This document shows, piece after piece, positions 39,047 through 49,620 of a stretch of DNA of 64,000 bases (positions are counted from its first letter, which is position 1; each line of letters starts with the position of its first letter). The translations under genes and the position numbers were made by a program. The DNA is from an uncultured Gammaproteobacteria bacterium (GTDB lineage: Bacteria > Patescibacteriota > Microgenomatia > Levybacterales > UBA12049): positions 362,667-426,666 of the forward strand of contig CAZKJM010000001.1 of the NCBI GenBank assembly GCA_964553245.1, read 5' to 3'. The notes under the pieces are model-generated. The model had not been told where the DNA came from. It made no database searches and worked only from the letters and a program-made list of their open reading frames with translations.

Positions 39047-41629
39047 ATGAACAACTTATATCAACAATTAAAATCAGATGTAATTAACTGGAGACAGCAG
39101 GGTTATCCCTCCTCCTATCCCGTCATTGCAACCGTTCTCAACTTCAACAAAAACAACTTTCTAAGACAAGCACAGTTTGAAGCCTTAGAAACTTACTGGT
39201 ATCTGCGCCTAGTTAAGAACACTCCAAATATCTTTGAACTTTATAAAGGGTATTTTCAAGGCAAAGACCTACTCAAAGCCCTGGGAATATCATTATCAGA
39301 AGAAGACTTAACCGATCTTTTGCTAGCTGGCGGCGGACTAGACTCCATTATCGAGAAAGTTAGGACTGATGATACCTTTGTTAAGAAATACAGGCTAGAA
39401 GCCCTTAGAGAAACCCTTACACTTCCATATCCCAGCTACATCCTCGCCCTGGCGATGGGAGCGGGTAAGACAATTCTTGTTGCCTCTATTATAGCCACCG
39501 AGTTTGCTATGGCACTTGAATACCAGGAGAAAGACGGGATCTTTGTCAGGAACTCCCTCGTCTTTGCACCAGGAAAAACAATTCTAGGAGCATTGAAAGA
39601 AATTGCCGATACTCCCTACGACAAAATCCTACCCGCACGATTCTATAAGTCCTTCATCACCAATGTAAAGTTTACCTACACTAGAGATGGCGAAAAGGAT
39701 ATTCCCGTTATTAGAGGCAGTTCCTTTAATGTAATTGTCACTAACACTGAAAAAATCAGACTACAGAAAAATAGCATTCCTAAGTCATTCCTGGGCACAC
39801 AATTGAGCCTAGGATTAGAAGAAGCCAAAGAACTTGTTGCCAACCTGCGCTTACAATCAATCACCTCCCTACCACACTTGGCAGTCTTTTCAGACGAAGC
39901 CCACCACACTTACGGACAAGCTCTCGCCGAGGATCTCAAGCGAGTCCGCCAAACCATCAACTATATAGGCGAGAAAACTAACCTTCTGGCAGTTATTAAC
40001 ACAACAGGCACACCTTACTATCAACGCCAGCTTTTACGAGATGTTATCTACTGGTATGGACTCTCTCAGGGCATTGAAGACGGCATCCTTAAAGAAGTCC
40101 GAGGCAATATTGTCGCCTACAAAGAGGTTTCAGAGGAAGACTTTGTTATCGATATCGTCAAAGACTTTTTCCAGGAATACAAAGATGTGCGAGTTAATAA
40201 CGGCGAATATGCAAAACTGGCAATCTACTTCCCCCAGGTTGACGACCTAGACCAAGCCAAGCCGATTGTTGAGCAAACACTTATCTCTCTGGAACTCGAC
40301 CCATCAATTGTCTTACCAGTCCATAACAAATCTCCAGAAGACATCAAAGATCTTTTTGACAACCGTATCAACGACCCGCACCTACCTTACAGGGTGTTTC
40401 TGCTAGTTAATAAAGGCACTGAAGGATGGAACTGTCTATCTCTTTTTGCGACTGCTCTGGCGAGAAAACTCTCCTCAAGTAATAATTTCGTGCTTCAGGC
40501 AGCCAGCAGATGTTTAAGACAAGTGAACGGCAATACCAAGAAAGCCAAGATTTATCTCTCCAAAGCCAATGTCTCGGTGCTTGATCGCCAGCTGCAGGAA
40601 ACCTTCGGAGAAGGTTTAGATGACCTTAACCGCGCTAAGACCGACACTTATCCTGTTAAAATTACCCTCAGAAAGCTTGAGATTGAACCCGTTGTTATCA
40701 AGAAGCTCATCCAAAAGATTGTTCCCGAAGACGATACTTCTACCGCCTTGAGGGTCGAGAAGCCCAAATCTGACGCTGTAGCGGGGCTTGAGAAAACTAT
40801 TTACACCATGTCCAAGACCCAGAGGAAGGGCGTCCTGGTCGAGGTTGATAGCGAAAAATCAAAACCCAGAGATGTAAAGGTTGATCTATATCAGGCAGCA
40901 GTCCTGCTTGCCCACACTTATCGCCTTGATTCCCTAGAGATCTTCAAACTCCTTACTCCTCTCTATCATGACGGAGAAATGTCAGTTGTCGACCTGGAAC
41001 TTATCCGACTGCAACTAGAAAAACAGGTTATCAGATACAAAGTTACCACTGAAACCGTTGAAGAAGCCCTGGCGCTTATTAAAACCAAAGGCTTTGAGGA
41101 AGAAGTCGAAGATGGCAAGACCTCGTATGTCACCCATATTAGAGTCAATAAGGACAACCTCGAAAAGTATGTTTTAGATACCAATGCCTACAAAAAGAAG
41201 GCTGGTCAAATGCCTTTGTTTGGTTTTCATTACGATCCATACAACTTTGATTCAGAAGACGAGCGTGCCTTCTTTGAGCAAATGTTGGACAAACTCGGCG
41301 AAGACCCAGATAATGTTGAAGATATTTACTTTACAGGAGCGCTGACAGACAGGGAGAAAACCGATTTTGCGTTTGAATATAAAGACAATAAAGGAGACTG
41401 GCACTCGTATACACCTGACTTTTTGATCAGGAAAAAGGATGGCAAGTCCCTTATAGTCGAAGTCAAGGGCAAGCCATACAGGAATGAGGCGGCAGAGAAG
41501 GAAATGAAACAACTAGAGGCGATAAATCCTGATAAAATTAGATATGAACTCCTGCTCTTAGAGGAAGGCGAATCGGTGTTTGGTAAAGTAGCACCAGTCT
41601 TTAATTGGATTTACCAAACCCAAAAATGA
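39047..41629 (+). CDS. res: Type III restriction endonuclease Res-like subunit (SF2 DEAH helicase + C-terminal PD-(D/E)xK nuclease)
   Basis: Walker [17 protein letters not shown] box VFSDEAHH, motif [11 protein letters not shown]-terminal TPDF...LIVEVKGK nuclease motif. Confidence 0.65.
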   Translation: MNNLYQQLKSDVINWRQQGYPSSYPVIATVLNFNKNNFLRQAQFEALETYWYLRLVKNTPNIFELYKGYFQGKDLLKALGISLSEEDLTDLLLAGGGLDSIIEKVRTDDTFVKKYRLEALRETLTLPYPSYILALAMGAGKTILVASIIATEFAMALEYQEKDGIFVRNSLVFAPGKTILGALKEIADTPYDKILPARFYKSFITNVKFTYTRDGEKDIPVIRGSSFNVIVTNTEKIRLQKNSIPKSFLGTQLSLGLEEAKELVANLRLQSITSLPHLAVFSDEAHHTYGQALAEDLKRVRQTINYIGEKTNLLAVINTTGTPYYQRQLLRDVIYWYGLSQGIEDGILKEVRGNIVAYKEVSEEDFVIDIVKDFFQEYKDVRVNNGEYAKLAIYFPQVDDLDQAKPIVEQTLISLELDPSIVLPVHNKSPEDIKDLFDNRINDPHLPYRVFLLVNKGTEGWNCLSLFATALARKLSSSNNFVLQAASRCLRQVNGNTKKAKIYLSKANVSVLDRQLQETFGEGLDDLNRAKTDTYPVKITLRKLEIEPVVIKKLIQKIVPEDDTSTALRVEKPKSDAVAGLEKTIYTMSKTQRKGVLVEVDSEKSKPRDVKVDLYQAAVLLAHTYRLDSLEIFKLLTPLYHDGEMSVVDLELIRLQLEKQVIRYKVTTETVEEALALIKTKGFEEEVEDGKTSYVTHIRVNKDNLEKYVLDTNAYKKKAGQMPLFGFHYDPYNFDSEDERAFFEQMLDKLGEDPDNVEDIYFTGALTDREKTDFAFEYKDNKGDWHSYTPDFLIRKKDGKSLIVEVKGKPYRNEAAEKEMKQLEAINPDKIRYELLLLEEGESVFGKVAPVFNWIYQTQK

Positions 41630-43515
41630 CTATGACAAACGATACAACCAAAAAAATTAAAATCGGCACACCAAACGGCAGACCCATGCTAACCTGGGTG
41701 AACAAGAAACCCCTTGAGTCAGTTACTGGCTATCCCACACAACTTACCGAGAGTTTCGGAGATAAAGAGGCACTTAAAGTGCCTGAATACAACAAGCTAG
41801 AAAAGAACTGGCACAATCTCCTCTTCCACGGCGATAACAAAGAAGTCCTCGCCTCCCTCCTAGAACAAGGATTCAGAGGAAAAGTTGATTTGATCTACAT
41901 CGATCCTCCTTTCGCAAGCAATAAAGATTACATGCGGAATATTGAACTAAGAGGTTTGAAAAACCTGGGACAAATTGAAGAAGATAGTGAATCTATTATT
42001 CAACAAACGATGTATGAGGATATTTGGAAAAGAGATGAGTATTACCAATTCATGTATGAAAGACTAATTTTGTTAAAGGAATTACTTTCAGAAAACGGTG
42101 TTATTTATCTCCACATCGACTACAGAGCCGCTCATTATATGAAAGTTCTTATGGATGAAGTTTTCGGTGAAGATAACTTCCTAAACTCACTTGTCTGGAT
42201 GTTTTCGACAAGAAGTTCCATCAAAACAACCTGGAAAAGAACTCATCACGATATTCTTCTTTACAAGAAACATGGTGATCCTGTTTTTAACTGGAATGAC
42301 GAAATGGTAATTGAACCCCTTTCTGAAAGCACGATCTCAAAATACAAGTATGAAGACGAAGTTGGTAAATATAGGCTAAACGGTAGGAATATCAAAGGAA
42401 GTCCGATTAAGAGCGCAAAAGATGTTGATCCAAAATGGGAAGAAACAAACCCAGAATGGGTGGTAAGAGATTACTTAAGGGGAGGTAAAGTAGCCAGTGA
42501 TTATTTTTTCATCGAGATAGAAAATCAGGCATCAAAAGACAGAACTGACTACGCAACACAAAAACCAGAAGAATTACTTTATAAACTTATTTCTGCTTCC
42601 TCAAAGCCAAATCAACTAGTGTTAGATTGCTTTGTTGGCTCTGGAACAACCTGTGCTGTAGCTCAAAAACTTGGTAGGCGATGGATTGGTGTTGATGTCA
42701 ACAAGGGAGCTATTCAAGTAACCAGTAAGAGATTACAGAAAATTATTAAGGAACAAAACAAAAAACTTCTTGACGGACAAATTAGCAAAGCCTTTGGAAT
42801 CTATAAGGTCAACAATTACGATCTCAGAATTCTAAAAACAGAGGCTAAGGAACTGGCAATTCAGCAATATGGAATCACCAGGACAAAAACAGAGGCTTTC
42901 TTTGATGGCTTACGGGATAGTGGTGAGCTGGTAAAAATCATCGATTTTAATCACCCACTTACGCTCCTAGACCTGCAACTCATCAAAGATGAACTCGACA
43001 AACGACCTGACGAAGACAGGGATATTGTCGTGATCTGTCTAGGCAGAGAAACAAAGGTAGATTCCTGGGTTGAGGAATGGAACAAAAAGCAACCTCACAA
43101 AGACGCGCGCACCAGTCGCCGCATGAGGCAATTCGTCGTCTTTGATCTTAAAGACAAGAACTTTGTCAGTTACGAGCCTTCCAAAGCTGAAGTGGAAATT
43201 ACCAGAGCGGGCAAGAATAAAGCAAAAATTAAAGTTACTTCCTTTATTTCCCCCACTATCATCAAGCGCTTGGAGCTTGAACCAGGATTGCTGCAGAAAA
43301 AAATTCCAGATTTCAGATCAATGATTGATGTCGTCTTGGTTGATACCAACTACGACGGCGAGGTGTTCAAAATTGGCTTCTCTGATGTCCCAGAGAAACA
43401 AAACGATCTGGTCAAAGGAGAATACGAACTTGAGATAACAGAAAAACCAACCAAAGCGGCAGTCAAAATCATTGACATGTTAGGAGAAGAAGTCTTGGTT
43501 ACCAAAGAAGTGTAA
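41605..43515 (+). CDS. mod: Beta-class (motif IV before motif I) DNA methyltransferase, type III Mod-like
   Basis: [13 protein letters not shown]...[18 protein letters not shown] (motif IV DPPF) followed by [26 protein letters not shown] (motif I); 25-nt overlap with res. Confidence 0.65.
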   Translation: MDLPNPKMTMTNDTTKKIKIGTPNGRPMLTWVNKKPLESVTGYPTQLTESFGDKEALKVPEYNKLEKNWHNLLFHGDNKEVLASLLEQGFRGKVDLIYIDPPFASNKDYMRNIELRGLKNLGQIEEDSESIIQQTMYEDIWKRDEYYQFMYERLILLKELLSENGVIYLHIDYRAAHYMKVLMDEVFGEDNFLNSLVWMFSTRSSIKTTWKRTHHDILLYKKHGDPVFNWNDEMVIEPLSESTISKYKYEDEVGKYRLNGRNIKGSPIKSAKDVDPKWEETNPEWVVRDYLRGGKVASDYFFIEIENQASKDRTDYATQKPEELLYKLISASSKPNQLVLDCFVGSGTTCAVAQKLGRRWIGVDVNKGAIQVTSKRLQKIIKEQNKKLLDGQISKAFGIYKVNNYDLRILKTEAKELAIQQYGITRTKTEAFFDGLRDSGELVKIIDFNHPLTLLDLQLIKDELDKRPDEDRDIVVICLGRETKVDSWVEEWNKKQPHKDARTSRRMRQFVVFDLKDKNFVSYEPSKAEVEITRAGKNKAKIKVTSFISPTIIKRLELEPGLLQKKIPDFRSMIDVVLVDTNYDGEVFKIGFSDVPEKQNDLVKGEYELEITEKPTKAAVKIIDMLGEEVLVTKEV

Positions 43516-43546
43516 CCAGAACTTCTCCGAAAAAATACCTGTAGAC

Positions 43547-43572
43547 GACTGCCCTTAATTGGGCAGTTTTTT
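43547..43572 (+). terminator. Rho-independent terminator after mod
   Basis: CTGCCC-TTAATT-GGGCAG hairpin followed by TTTTTT. Confidence 0.55.
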
Positions 43573-43580
43573 GTAGAAAT

Positions 43581-44126
43581 ATGGCAAAAAATCAAATAAC
43601 AACAAACAGCGACAAACTCATCTTTGAGGAAATCAAGGAACGGCTAAAAGATCAGCTTGATTCGGTAGACAGTATGGATACAAAGGCTGGGATAGTCCTC
43701 GGCTTTAATGGAGCAATTTTAGCTGCCCTACTTAACTCCGACTGGTTTAGAACTCTTCCAATTTACTTCTTAGGTTTCATCTTGTTGGCAATTTGTGTGA
43801 CAACTGGAGTTGCCCTAAAAGCATTTCTCGTCAGAGCTTATAAAAAAGACCCAGACCCCTCGAAGTTAATCGAAGGTTATCAAGGAAAAAAAGAAAATGA
43901 GACACGAGGGCAACTAATCAGAAACTTTGAGAAGTGTTTCAATAACAACAAAGAAATGATTGAAAACAAGAAGAAATATATAAATTGGAGTTTTAAGCTA
44001 TTGGCTTTAACTGTAGGGATCGTTGCATTTGTTGCTCTTATAACAACTTTTATTAACAACGCAAATTATTATTCTCCATGGAGAATGCATAGACAGGAGG
44101 TGACCAAACATGGCAGATTCAGATAA
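43581..44126 (+). CDS. Small membrane protein (2 adjacent TM + third C-terminal TM) with cytoplasmic helices, SLATT/abortive-infection-effector-like topology
   Basis: 181 aa; TM at approx 36-52, 58-82, 136-160; topology only, no sequence motif. Confidence 0.4.
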   Translation: MAKNQITTNSDKLIFEEIKERLKDQLDSVDSMDTKAGIVLGFNGAILAALLNSDWFRTLPIYFLGFILLAICVTTGVALKAFLVRAYKKDPDPSKLIEGYQGKKENETRGQLIRNFEKCFNNNKEMIENKKKYINWSFKLLALTVGIVAFVALITTFINNANYYSPWRMHRQEVTKHGRFR

Positions 44127-44334
44127 CACACAACCACAACCAAGCCAACAAGTTAATACAACACCCACCCCTCCTGCGCCAGAACCAAGCAACATACCGC
44201 CAAGCGCAGATCAAAACCTATCCTCGACAATGAATAAAGGTTTAACTCCAAACTCGAGTATCTCAGCTAAACCCGATGTTTCATTGAATTCGACGAAAAC
44301 TATGAACGAGGACGGCTTGAGGATAACCAAATAA
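44110..44334 (+). CDS. Pro/Thr/Ser-rich low-complexity small ORF, in frame with downstream 1141-aa ORF (separated by TAA-TAT-ATG)
   Basis: 74 aa; may be non-coding or an N-terminal extension if stop is read through/erroneous. Confidence 0.2.
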   Translation: MADSDNTQPQPSQQVNTTPTPPAPEPSNIPPSADQNLSSTMNKGLTPNSSISAKPDVSLNSTKTMNEDGLRITK

Positions 44335-44337
44335 TAT

Positions 44338-47300
44338 ATGATCGATTTATACCAAGGTAAGCTCGATAACCAGAAAATTAAACAAAAAATAAGAAGGCGC
44401 AATTACTCAGGTAATTACAAGCCTTCCGAATCATTGATACAAGATATCATTGAGCAATTTTGGTTTCACGATCATTACAACAGTCTTATATCTGACGAGC
44501 TTTACCTTAGCTTTTTACTTAGTTACCTAAAAAGTACTAAACCTCGCGAATTCAGTCGATACGATTTCTATAAATTCATTTTTGATCAGATCGATAAGGA
44601 ACCTAGTGGAAGAGTAATTTTGCAGCAGATTGCTCTTGCGTTTGAGAAACAGATGAGCGATGCAATGCTACCAGATGACTACACTACCCTCTTACAAGGT
44701 GTTGGGAATATACCAGATGGTAAATTTGACGCTTTGTGGATGGATAAAAATCACCTCGCGAAGATAGGGAAACGGGACGAGAAAGAATTATTCATTTGGG
44801 AACATCACACTTTAACCGAGTTTTTAGTTGCTGAGAACTTAGTTAACCAAGACGAGAAAGTTATTGAGGAATTTCAAAAGTTAGCAATCTTAAAACACGA
44901 GGGCGTAACTGCTTTCAAGCCGTCTTGGTCTGGTGTTTTGCGTTTCCTAATGGAATCTGAAAAGGGTCAGAAGACAATTGTATGGTTTATGGACTTTCTG
45001 GAAAAACATCCAGACAATTTAGATGACAACCTGGCAGAACTATTGGTTTACGAGATAAAAGGTCAAGCCTCAAAGTTGGGACAAAGAGTTTTTAATCTTA
45101 TTTACAATTCTTACTTTGACAAGGTAACCTGGATGCCAATTTGGGCAAGAGTCAGTTTATCAAAGTTCGTTGATAAACAATCATATGAACGATTAAAAAC
45201 CGACATCAAGGTTTGGTCTAATAAGACTGAAACTTTTGTGCGTCGAGGGAATGTCGTTTCAATCGTGGAAGGGTTACTAAAAGATAAAAATAAATTAGTT
45301 AGTGCAAATGAGAGAAAGTTCTGGCTCTCAAAACTAATTGAGTTTGCTAATAGTCCAGACGATGATGGAAATGGCGTTTTACAAAGACATAGCCTGGGAG
45401 CATTAGCTCAATATAAAGACGAGAAGATCATACCCAAAGTAGCACAGAAGTGTTTCAAGGAAACACGAGAATCCCTAGTTAGAGATGAGTTTACAGAATT
45501 CTGTATTGCTACCAATCCAAATTCCGAGGAGGCTATAAACTATTTTATTGAAGGAACTCCAAGTATTTACGCCCGTCATGGACTTTATCAAATCACTTCA
45601 CAAAAAGGAATTGAATATTTCCTTTCCAAGATTGTTGAAGATGAAAACTTTTTGAGGGTATTTTTGGACAAAGAAAGTATCTTTGATGAGGATGGTAGCG
45701 ATAAAAAACTCATTAATAACATTAAAAGACATGTTAACAATAAAGTGATTCCTTTATTGAAGAAACTCATTTATACCGTCATGCGGATAAGTGATTATTA
45801 TCATGAGGGACAATCCAGCTTTCTCCGTCAGATAATCCAATTAATAAACGGGCACGAACCTCGTTATCTATTTGAGATGTTGACAGACATAAAAAATGAA
45901 AACGATGAACAAAAGATAGATAGACTTTTTTGGGATTCAAGAGAACTGCTTGCACTTGCTTTAACCAAAGAAAATGTAAAAGAATACTTTGACTTTCTTA
46001 AGGATTTCCCAGACAGAACAAAAAGGGATGCACAATCTGTCGTTTATAGCGCGAAACGACTGAATGGAGTAGTTGGCGACCATGTCTATCAAGAGGCAGT
46101 TAGGCTGAAACTTGTTAAAAAAATCGACACAAGGCAATCAGAGAAATACTACGAAAAACAGGAGAAACAACGGAAACAAGGTATTTACAAGAGTTTCCTC
46201 AAACAACTCGAGTCAAAGCCAGGACAATATCTAACAAGTGTGTTTGAATACTTCACAAAAAACAAAGAGGAAATCAAAAAACAGTGGAAAGCTAACGATC
46301 AGAAAAAATTATGGAAAATAGCGATAGAAATAGGCATTAGAAAAATCAACCCGCGTGAATTTAAAGTAACACTCTCAAACAGGAAAGAAGGGAATAGCTC
46401 CTTCACCTGGAGCGCACCAGCATCATATTATGGCGATTTACTCAAAGTTGTTCAGGAATTAGCTCCAGAAGAAATTGAAAAATATAGACAAAACATCATT
46501 GATTATATTCCCTACGAATTCGATACAGGCGCGCCAGCAGATTTCATTAAGCAATTAGACGATAAAGATTTGGTATGGGTTAATCAGATAATGAGTGACC
46601 AGAGCGATGATCGTCGTTATCTCATACCACAAACTTATATTTATTTAGTTAGTGAATATGCTAAAAATGGAAGCAAACTTACTACAGTTAAACCAGTTCT
46701 GCAATCCTTTATTACTGATCCAAATATTCGAGACTATGTTCAGCGTTCTGCTCTTGAAGCCATCGCTTTCTTTATTGATAAAACCGACAAAGAAACTAAA
46801 AAATTACTCAAGGATATCTGCGCACATTCCAAAGACCAAGAGCTTGTCGAAATAGCAAATGGTATTTTGATCAGTATTTACGAAGATGAAAAAGCTATTG
46901 ACTGGCGCTTTGCAAAGGTTAAAGAACCGTTGGAGTTTCAAAGAGTCGAGGGGGTTCATTCAGTTGGTCGCGTTGAAGAAGAGTTGATGAGTATGTCCTT
47001 AGCCAAACCATTAATGGAATTAGGTGATGAAAAATACTTACCTAAATTCCTTGACTTATTAGAGTACTCGTTCAAGTTTACTGAAGGGAAAAGCGATAAG
47101 AAATATTGGGAATATGTTAACTACCTTTGGAAAACAGCAACACAGTTTGTAGACGGACTTAAAAGAAAGGGGTCATTTATCCCCCTTATGGAATTAGAAG
47201 GTTGGATCGAGGAACATTCTCAATACGAGAACATTAACTGGCTCGAGGCTCGTATAAAAGAGATTAAAAGAAATTATCTTAATCTCGTACATCCTTTTGA

Positions 47301-47763
47301 TAAATTAATAGACGGGATCGATGAACTCGGTAAGGTCAACTCGCCCACAGCTCAAATCGCTTTGTTTTTGTTTAAGGCACAACTTGTTGAAACAAGATTG
47401 CGAGAACTGATCTTAGGCATTAACTACTTTCTACAGAAGAAAAATAGCAAACTGCCGATTTATAGAAAAATTAACAGCGAAACCAGGAAATGGATAAAAA
47501 ATTTGACACTAAGTAAATTGTGTGAAGAGTTAAATAACTATCAAAGTGCATCGGTAGAAAGGTTAAAGAGTAAGTTAGGGCAATTTGCCCACTCCGAAGG
47601 AAGAAATAGATTTAACCATGAATTGTTTAATCAGACTAAGCCCGTGCAAGAATTAGCAGAAGAAGCAAAACAATATACAAAATTTGCTGAGGAAAGTTTA
47701 GACTTGATCCACAAGGTGTGGGAAGAGATCCTCTCTATTAGCACAAACAACTCGACAAACTAG
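44338..47763 (+). CDS. Large alpha-helical repeat protein with post-NACHT-like motif (FIWEHHTLTEFLVAENLV) but no Walker A; candidate STAND-derived/defence-associated protein
   Basis: 1141 aa; no GxxxxGK[ST] anywhere; motif F-x-H-x-T-x-x-E-F-L-x-A-x-x-L at aa ~150 resembles the helical region following NACHT NTPase; remainder HEAT/TPR-like helical repeats. Confidence 0.45.
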   Translation: MIDLYQGKLDNQKIKQKIRRRNYSGNYKPSESLIQDIIEQFWFHDHYNSLISDELYLSFLLSYLKSTKPREFSRYDFYKFIFDQIDKEPSGRVILQQIALAFEKQMSDAMLPDDYTTLLQGVGNIPDGKFDALWMDKNHLAKIGKRDEKELFIWEHHTLTEFLVAENLVNQDEKVIEEFQKLAILKHEGVTAFKPSWSGVLRFLMESEKGQKTIVWFMDFLEKHPDNLDDNLAELLVYEIKGQASKLGQRVFNLIYNSYFDKVTWMPIWARVSLSKFVDKQSYERLKTDIKVWSNKTETFVRRGNVVSIVEGLLKDKNKLVSANERKFWLSKLIEFANSPDDDGNGVLQRHSLGALAQYKDEKIIPKVAQKCFKETRESLVRDEFTEFCIATNPNSEEAINYFIEGTPSIYARHGLYQITSQKGIEYFLSKIVEDENFLRVFLDKESIFDEDGSDKKLINNIKRHVNNKVIPLLKKLIYTVMRISDYYHEGQSSFLRQIIQLINGHEPRYLFEMLTDIKNENDEQKIDRLFWDSRELLALALTKENVKEYFDFLKDFPDRTKRDAQSVVYSAKRLNGVVGDHVYQEAVRLKLVKKIDTRQSEKYYEKQEKQRKQGIYKSFLKQLESKPGQYLTSVFEYFTKNKEEIKKQWKANDQKKLWKIAIEIGIRKINPREFKVTLSNRKEGNSSFTWSAPASYYGDLLKVVQELAPEEIEKYRQNIIDYIPYEFDTGAPADFIKQLDDKDLVWVNQIMSDQSDDRRYLIPQTYIYLVSEYAKNGSKLTTVKPVLQSFITDPNIRDYVQRSALEAIAFFIDKTDKETKKLLKDICAHSKDQELVEIANGILISIYEDEKAIDWRFAKVKEPLEFQRVEGVHSVGRVEEELMSMSLAKPLMELGDEKYLPKFLDLLEYSFKFTEGKSDKKYWEYVNYLWKTATQFVDGLKRKGSFIPLMELEGWIEEHSQYENINWLEARIKEIKRNYLNLVHPFDKLIDGIDELGKVNSPTAQIALFLFKAQLVETRLRELILGINYFLQKKNSKLPIYRKINSETRKWIKNLTLSKLCEELNNYQSASVERLKSKLGQFAHSEGRNRFNHELFNQTKPVQELAEEAKQYTKFAEESLDLIHKVWEEILSISTNNSTN

Positions 47764-47874
47764 CCACCGTGACCGCGCGTAGCGGCTTGTGTGAGGCTTT
47801 CGTGCCTGGGGTGGCATAAGATTACCTTAATTTAGCTTCGGAAGCCTTGTTGGAGCTGTGTTGAGGAATGTCCG

Positions 47875-48747
47875 TTAAAGCTTATCGATGTCCCAGCCCT
47901 CATTGTCGTAGACGGCAATTTGACCACCTTGAGTAATAGTGAGACTAACCATTGGGTAACGAGTTGACTTGGTTTTGAGACACCAGACACCCTGATCGTT
48001 CTGGTAAGCACCTTCGCGGGTATTGTCAGCATCCCCACATTCCTCAAACTCCTTGGTGAAGGGTTTGGTGTAGTCATACCACTTTACAAAGAAATTACCT
48101 GGTTTTGTGCCTTCGAACTCGTAAGTCATCTTGGTGATATCAACACCAAAAATATCCTTATGCTTAGTCATGAAGTCCTCAGCTACCTTGCGGATCTGCT
48201 CCTTAGTGGTATAGCGGGGAGTATTGTCATATTCAGGCATATTTTCGAACCAACGAGTGCCGTCATCCTTAGTCCCCCAGCGACGCTCGGCTTCACCTAC
48301 CTCAACAATGTAATTTGTCTTAGGATCGATAGTGAAACCAAACCGAGCAGCTTCGTAGTGTTCTGAGGCGGGATTATTATAATCAGTTCCACTCTCGTCA
48401 GGCTTGTTATTAAATCGACTACAGAGGAATTCTACAGGAATATCAGACATACCTAGGAACTCACGGATATTAGCGATAGCTTTTTCCCTTTCAGCAACAG
48501 GGCGCGCAGTTAACAAGCAAAACTTCTGTTGAGCTTCTTGATACTCTTGAGAGTCCTTATTAGGGTTCTTGCTCATAATAGCCAGAAGCTCAGAAACCTC
48601 TTTGTCCTTAGTGTTTTGTTGCACAGTCTGAATGACTTTTGATTTAGTAAGGAAGCGAGGAGCTAGAACAACAACTAGGACAGCAAGCACAGAGAGGAAA
48701 ATAATAGCGGGAAGAATCCGAGATTTATTTTTATGTTTCATTATCAT
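47875..48747 (-). CDS. Membrane-anchored exported protein of unknown function
   Basis: N-terminal TM ILPAIIFLSVLAVLVVVLA then soluble Cys-containing domain. Confidence 0.45.
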   Translation of the reverse strand: MIMKHKNKSRILPAIIFLSVLAVLVVVLAPRFLTKSKVIQTVQQNTKDKEVSELLAIMSKNPNKDSQEYQEAQQKFCLLTARPVAEREKAIANIREFLGMSDIPVEFLCSRFNNKPDESGTDYNNPASEHYEAARFGFTIDPKTNYIVEVGEAERRWGTKDDGTRWFENMPEYDNTPRYTTKEQIRKVAEDFMTKHKDIFGVDITKMTYEFEGTKPGNFFVKWYDYTKPFTKEFEECGDADNTREGAYQNDQGVWCLKTKSTRYPMVSLTITQGGQIAVYDNEGWDIDKL

Positions 48748-48887
48748 TTTTACCTCCTCTTGGTTAAATTAATAACTTTACCCTAGAGGTGTTGCATATT
48801 AACTTCGTTGAGGGGAGATTGTCAAATCAAACCAAAAAGCTCCCCCCAGCGATGACTTGCGTCACCTGCCACCCTTTCGGGAGACAG

Positions 48888-48926
48888 CCTCGTGAGCGCT
48901 CTAGGGAGAGCTTATTGCTCACGAGG
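48888..48926 (+). other. Nested hairpin element: CCTCGTGAGC [GCTCT-AGGG-AGAGC] TTATT GCTCACGAGG
   Basis: 10-bp perfect outer stem plus 5-bp inner stem, in 440-bp intergenic region. Confidence 0.45.
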
Positions 48927-49115
48927 ACTTGTTTAACCATGCCCATTACTGGGTTTAGGTCGTTAGGGATATTTTACCAATCTTAGAGGAAATAAGAAAT
49001 AACAATCAGAAATAACTAAAAGTGGAGATAATGTGAGCAAAAGTTAACTTGACTTTATATCTTTAATTTGTTTGAATGAGAATAGATTTAGGAAGTAAAG
49101 CCTAACGAAACGATC

Positions 49116-49175
49116 GGGGCTGTGGCTTCTGAGTATACGCACTCGCGTGTATTTAGAAGTTACAGCCCCTTTTTT
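49116..49175 (+). terminator. Long imperfect hairpin (GGGGCTGT ... ACAGCCCC with nested TATACGC-ACTC-GCGTGTA) followed by TTTTTT; terminator or attenuator 15 nt upstream of the 49190 ORF
   Basis: Stem 49116-49123 / 49162-49169, T-run 49170-49175. Confidence 0.45.
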
Positions 49176-49189
49176 GTTGCCTAATAACT

Positions 49190-49435
49190 ATGAATACACT
49201 TAATAACGATTATTACTCAACCAGCGACCTCTCACTGGCTACCACCCTCTCTCTTTGGTGTCCTATTGAAGATATTGACCGATCAAATCCCCGTAAGGCT
49301 TTGTTCATTTTCCAAAACACAGGAAAGCTTCAAGAACTTGTTGCTGAGTATTACCGCGACGAAATAAAAATATCGCCACAAGTTTATTTCAACCAATTAC
49401 GAGTCGTGAAGGCGCGGCTCTATGCCAATGGATAA
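49190..49435 (+). CDS. DUF5659-like small protein
   Basis: 81 aa; STSDLSLATTLSLWCPIEDIDRSNPRKALFIFQNT...ELVAEYY pattern recalled for DUF5659 (mobile-element associated). Confidence 0.4.
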   Translation: MNTLNNDYYSTSDLSLATTLSLWCPIEDIDRSNPRKALFIFQNTGKLQELVAEYYRDEIKISPQVYFNQLRVVKARLYANG

Positions 49436-49620
49436 CTATGATAAGCAGAAACCTATTACTAGAACTAAAACAGATCTTGGAAGAAGACTATCGTCTCAAA
49501 TTAACTATCCAGGAAGTGATGGAGATTGCCATGACTTTATTAGGGTACACCGAGACATTACTCAAGATTGAAGGAAAGAAAATGAATACCAGTTAGCAGA
49601 AATCTTAAATAAAAATAACT

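Noticed and set aside
44338-47763. Calling the 1141-aa protein a NACHT/STAND NTPase
   Set aside because: Only the post-NTPase helical motif is present. No Walker A or B was found in this or adjacent ORFs, so it is reported as STAND-like without NTPase rather than as a NACHT protein.
48789-48986. 65-aa ORF in the island intergenic region
   Set aside because: Low-complexity, Arg/Ser/Leu-rich translation overlapping strong hairpins; more likely non-coding structured RNA.
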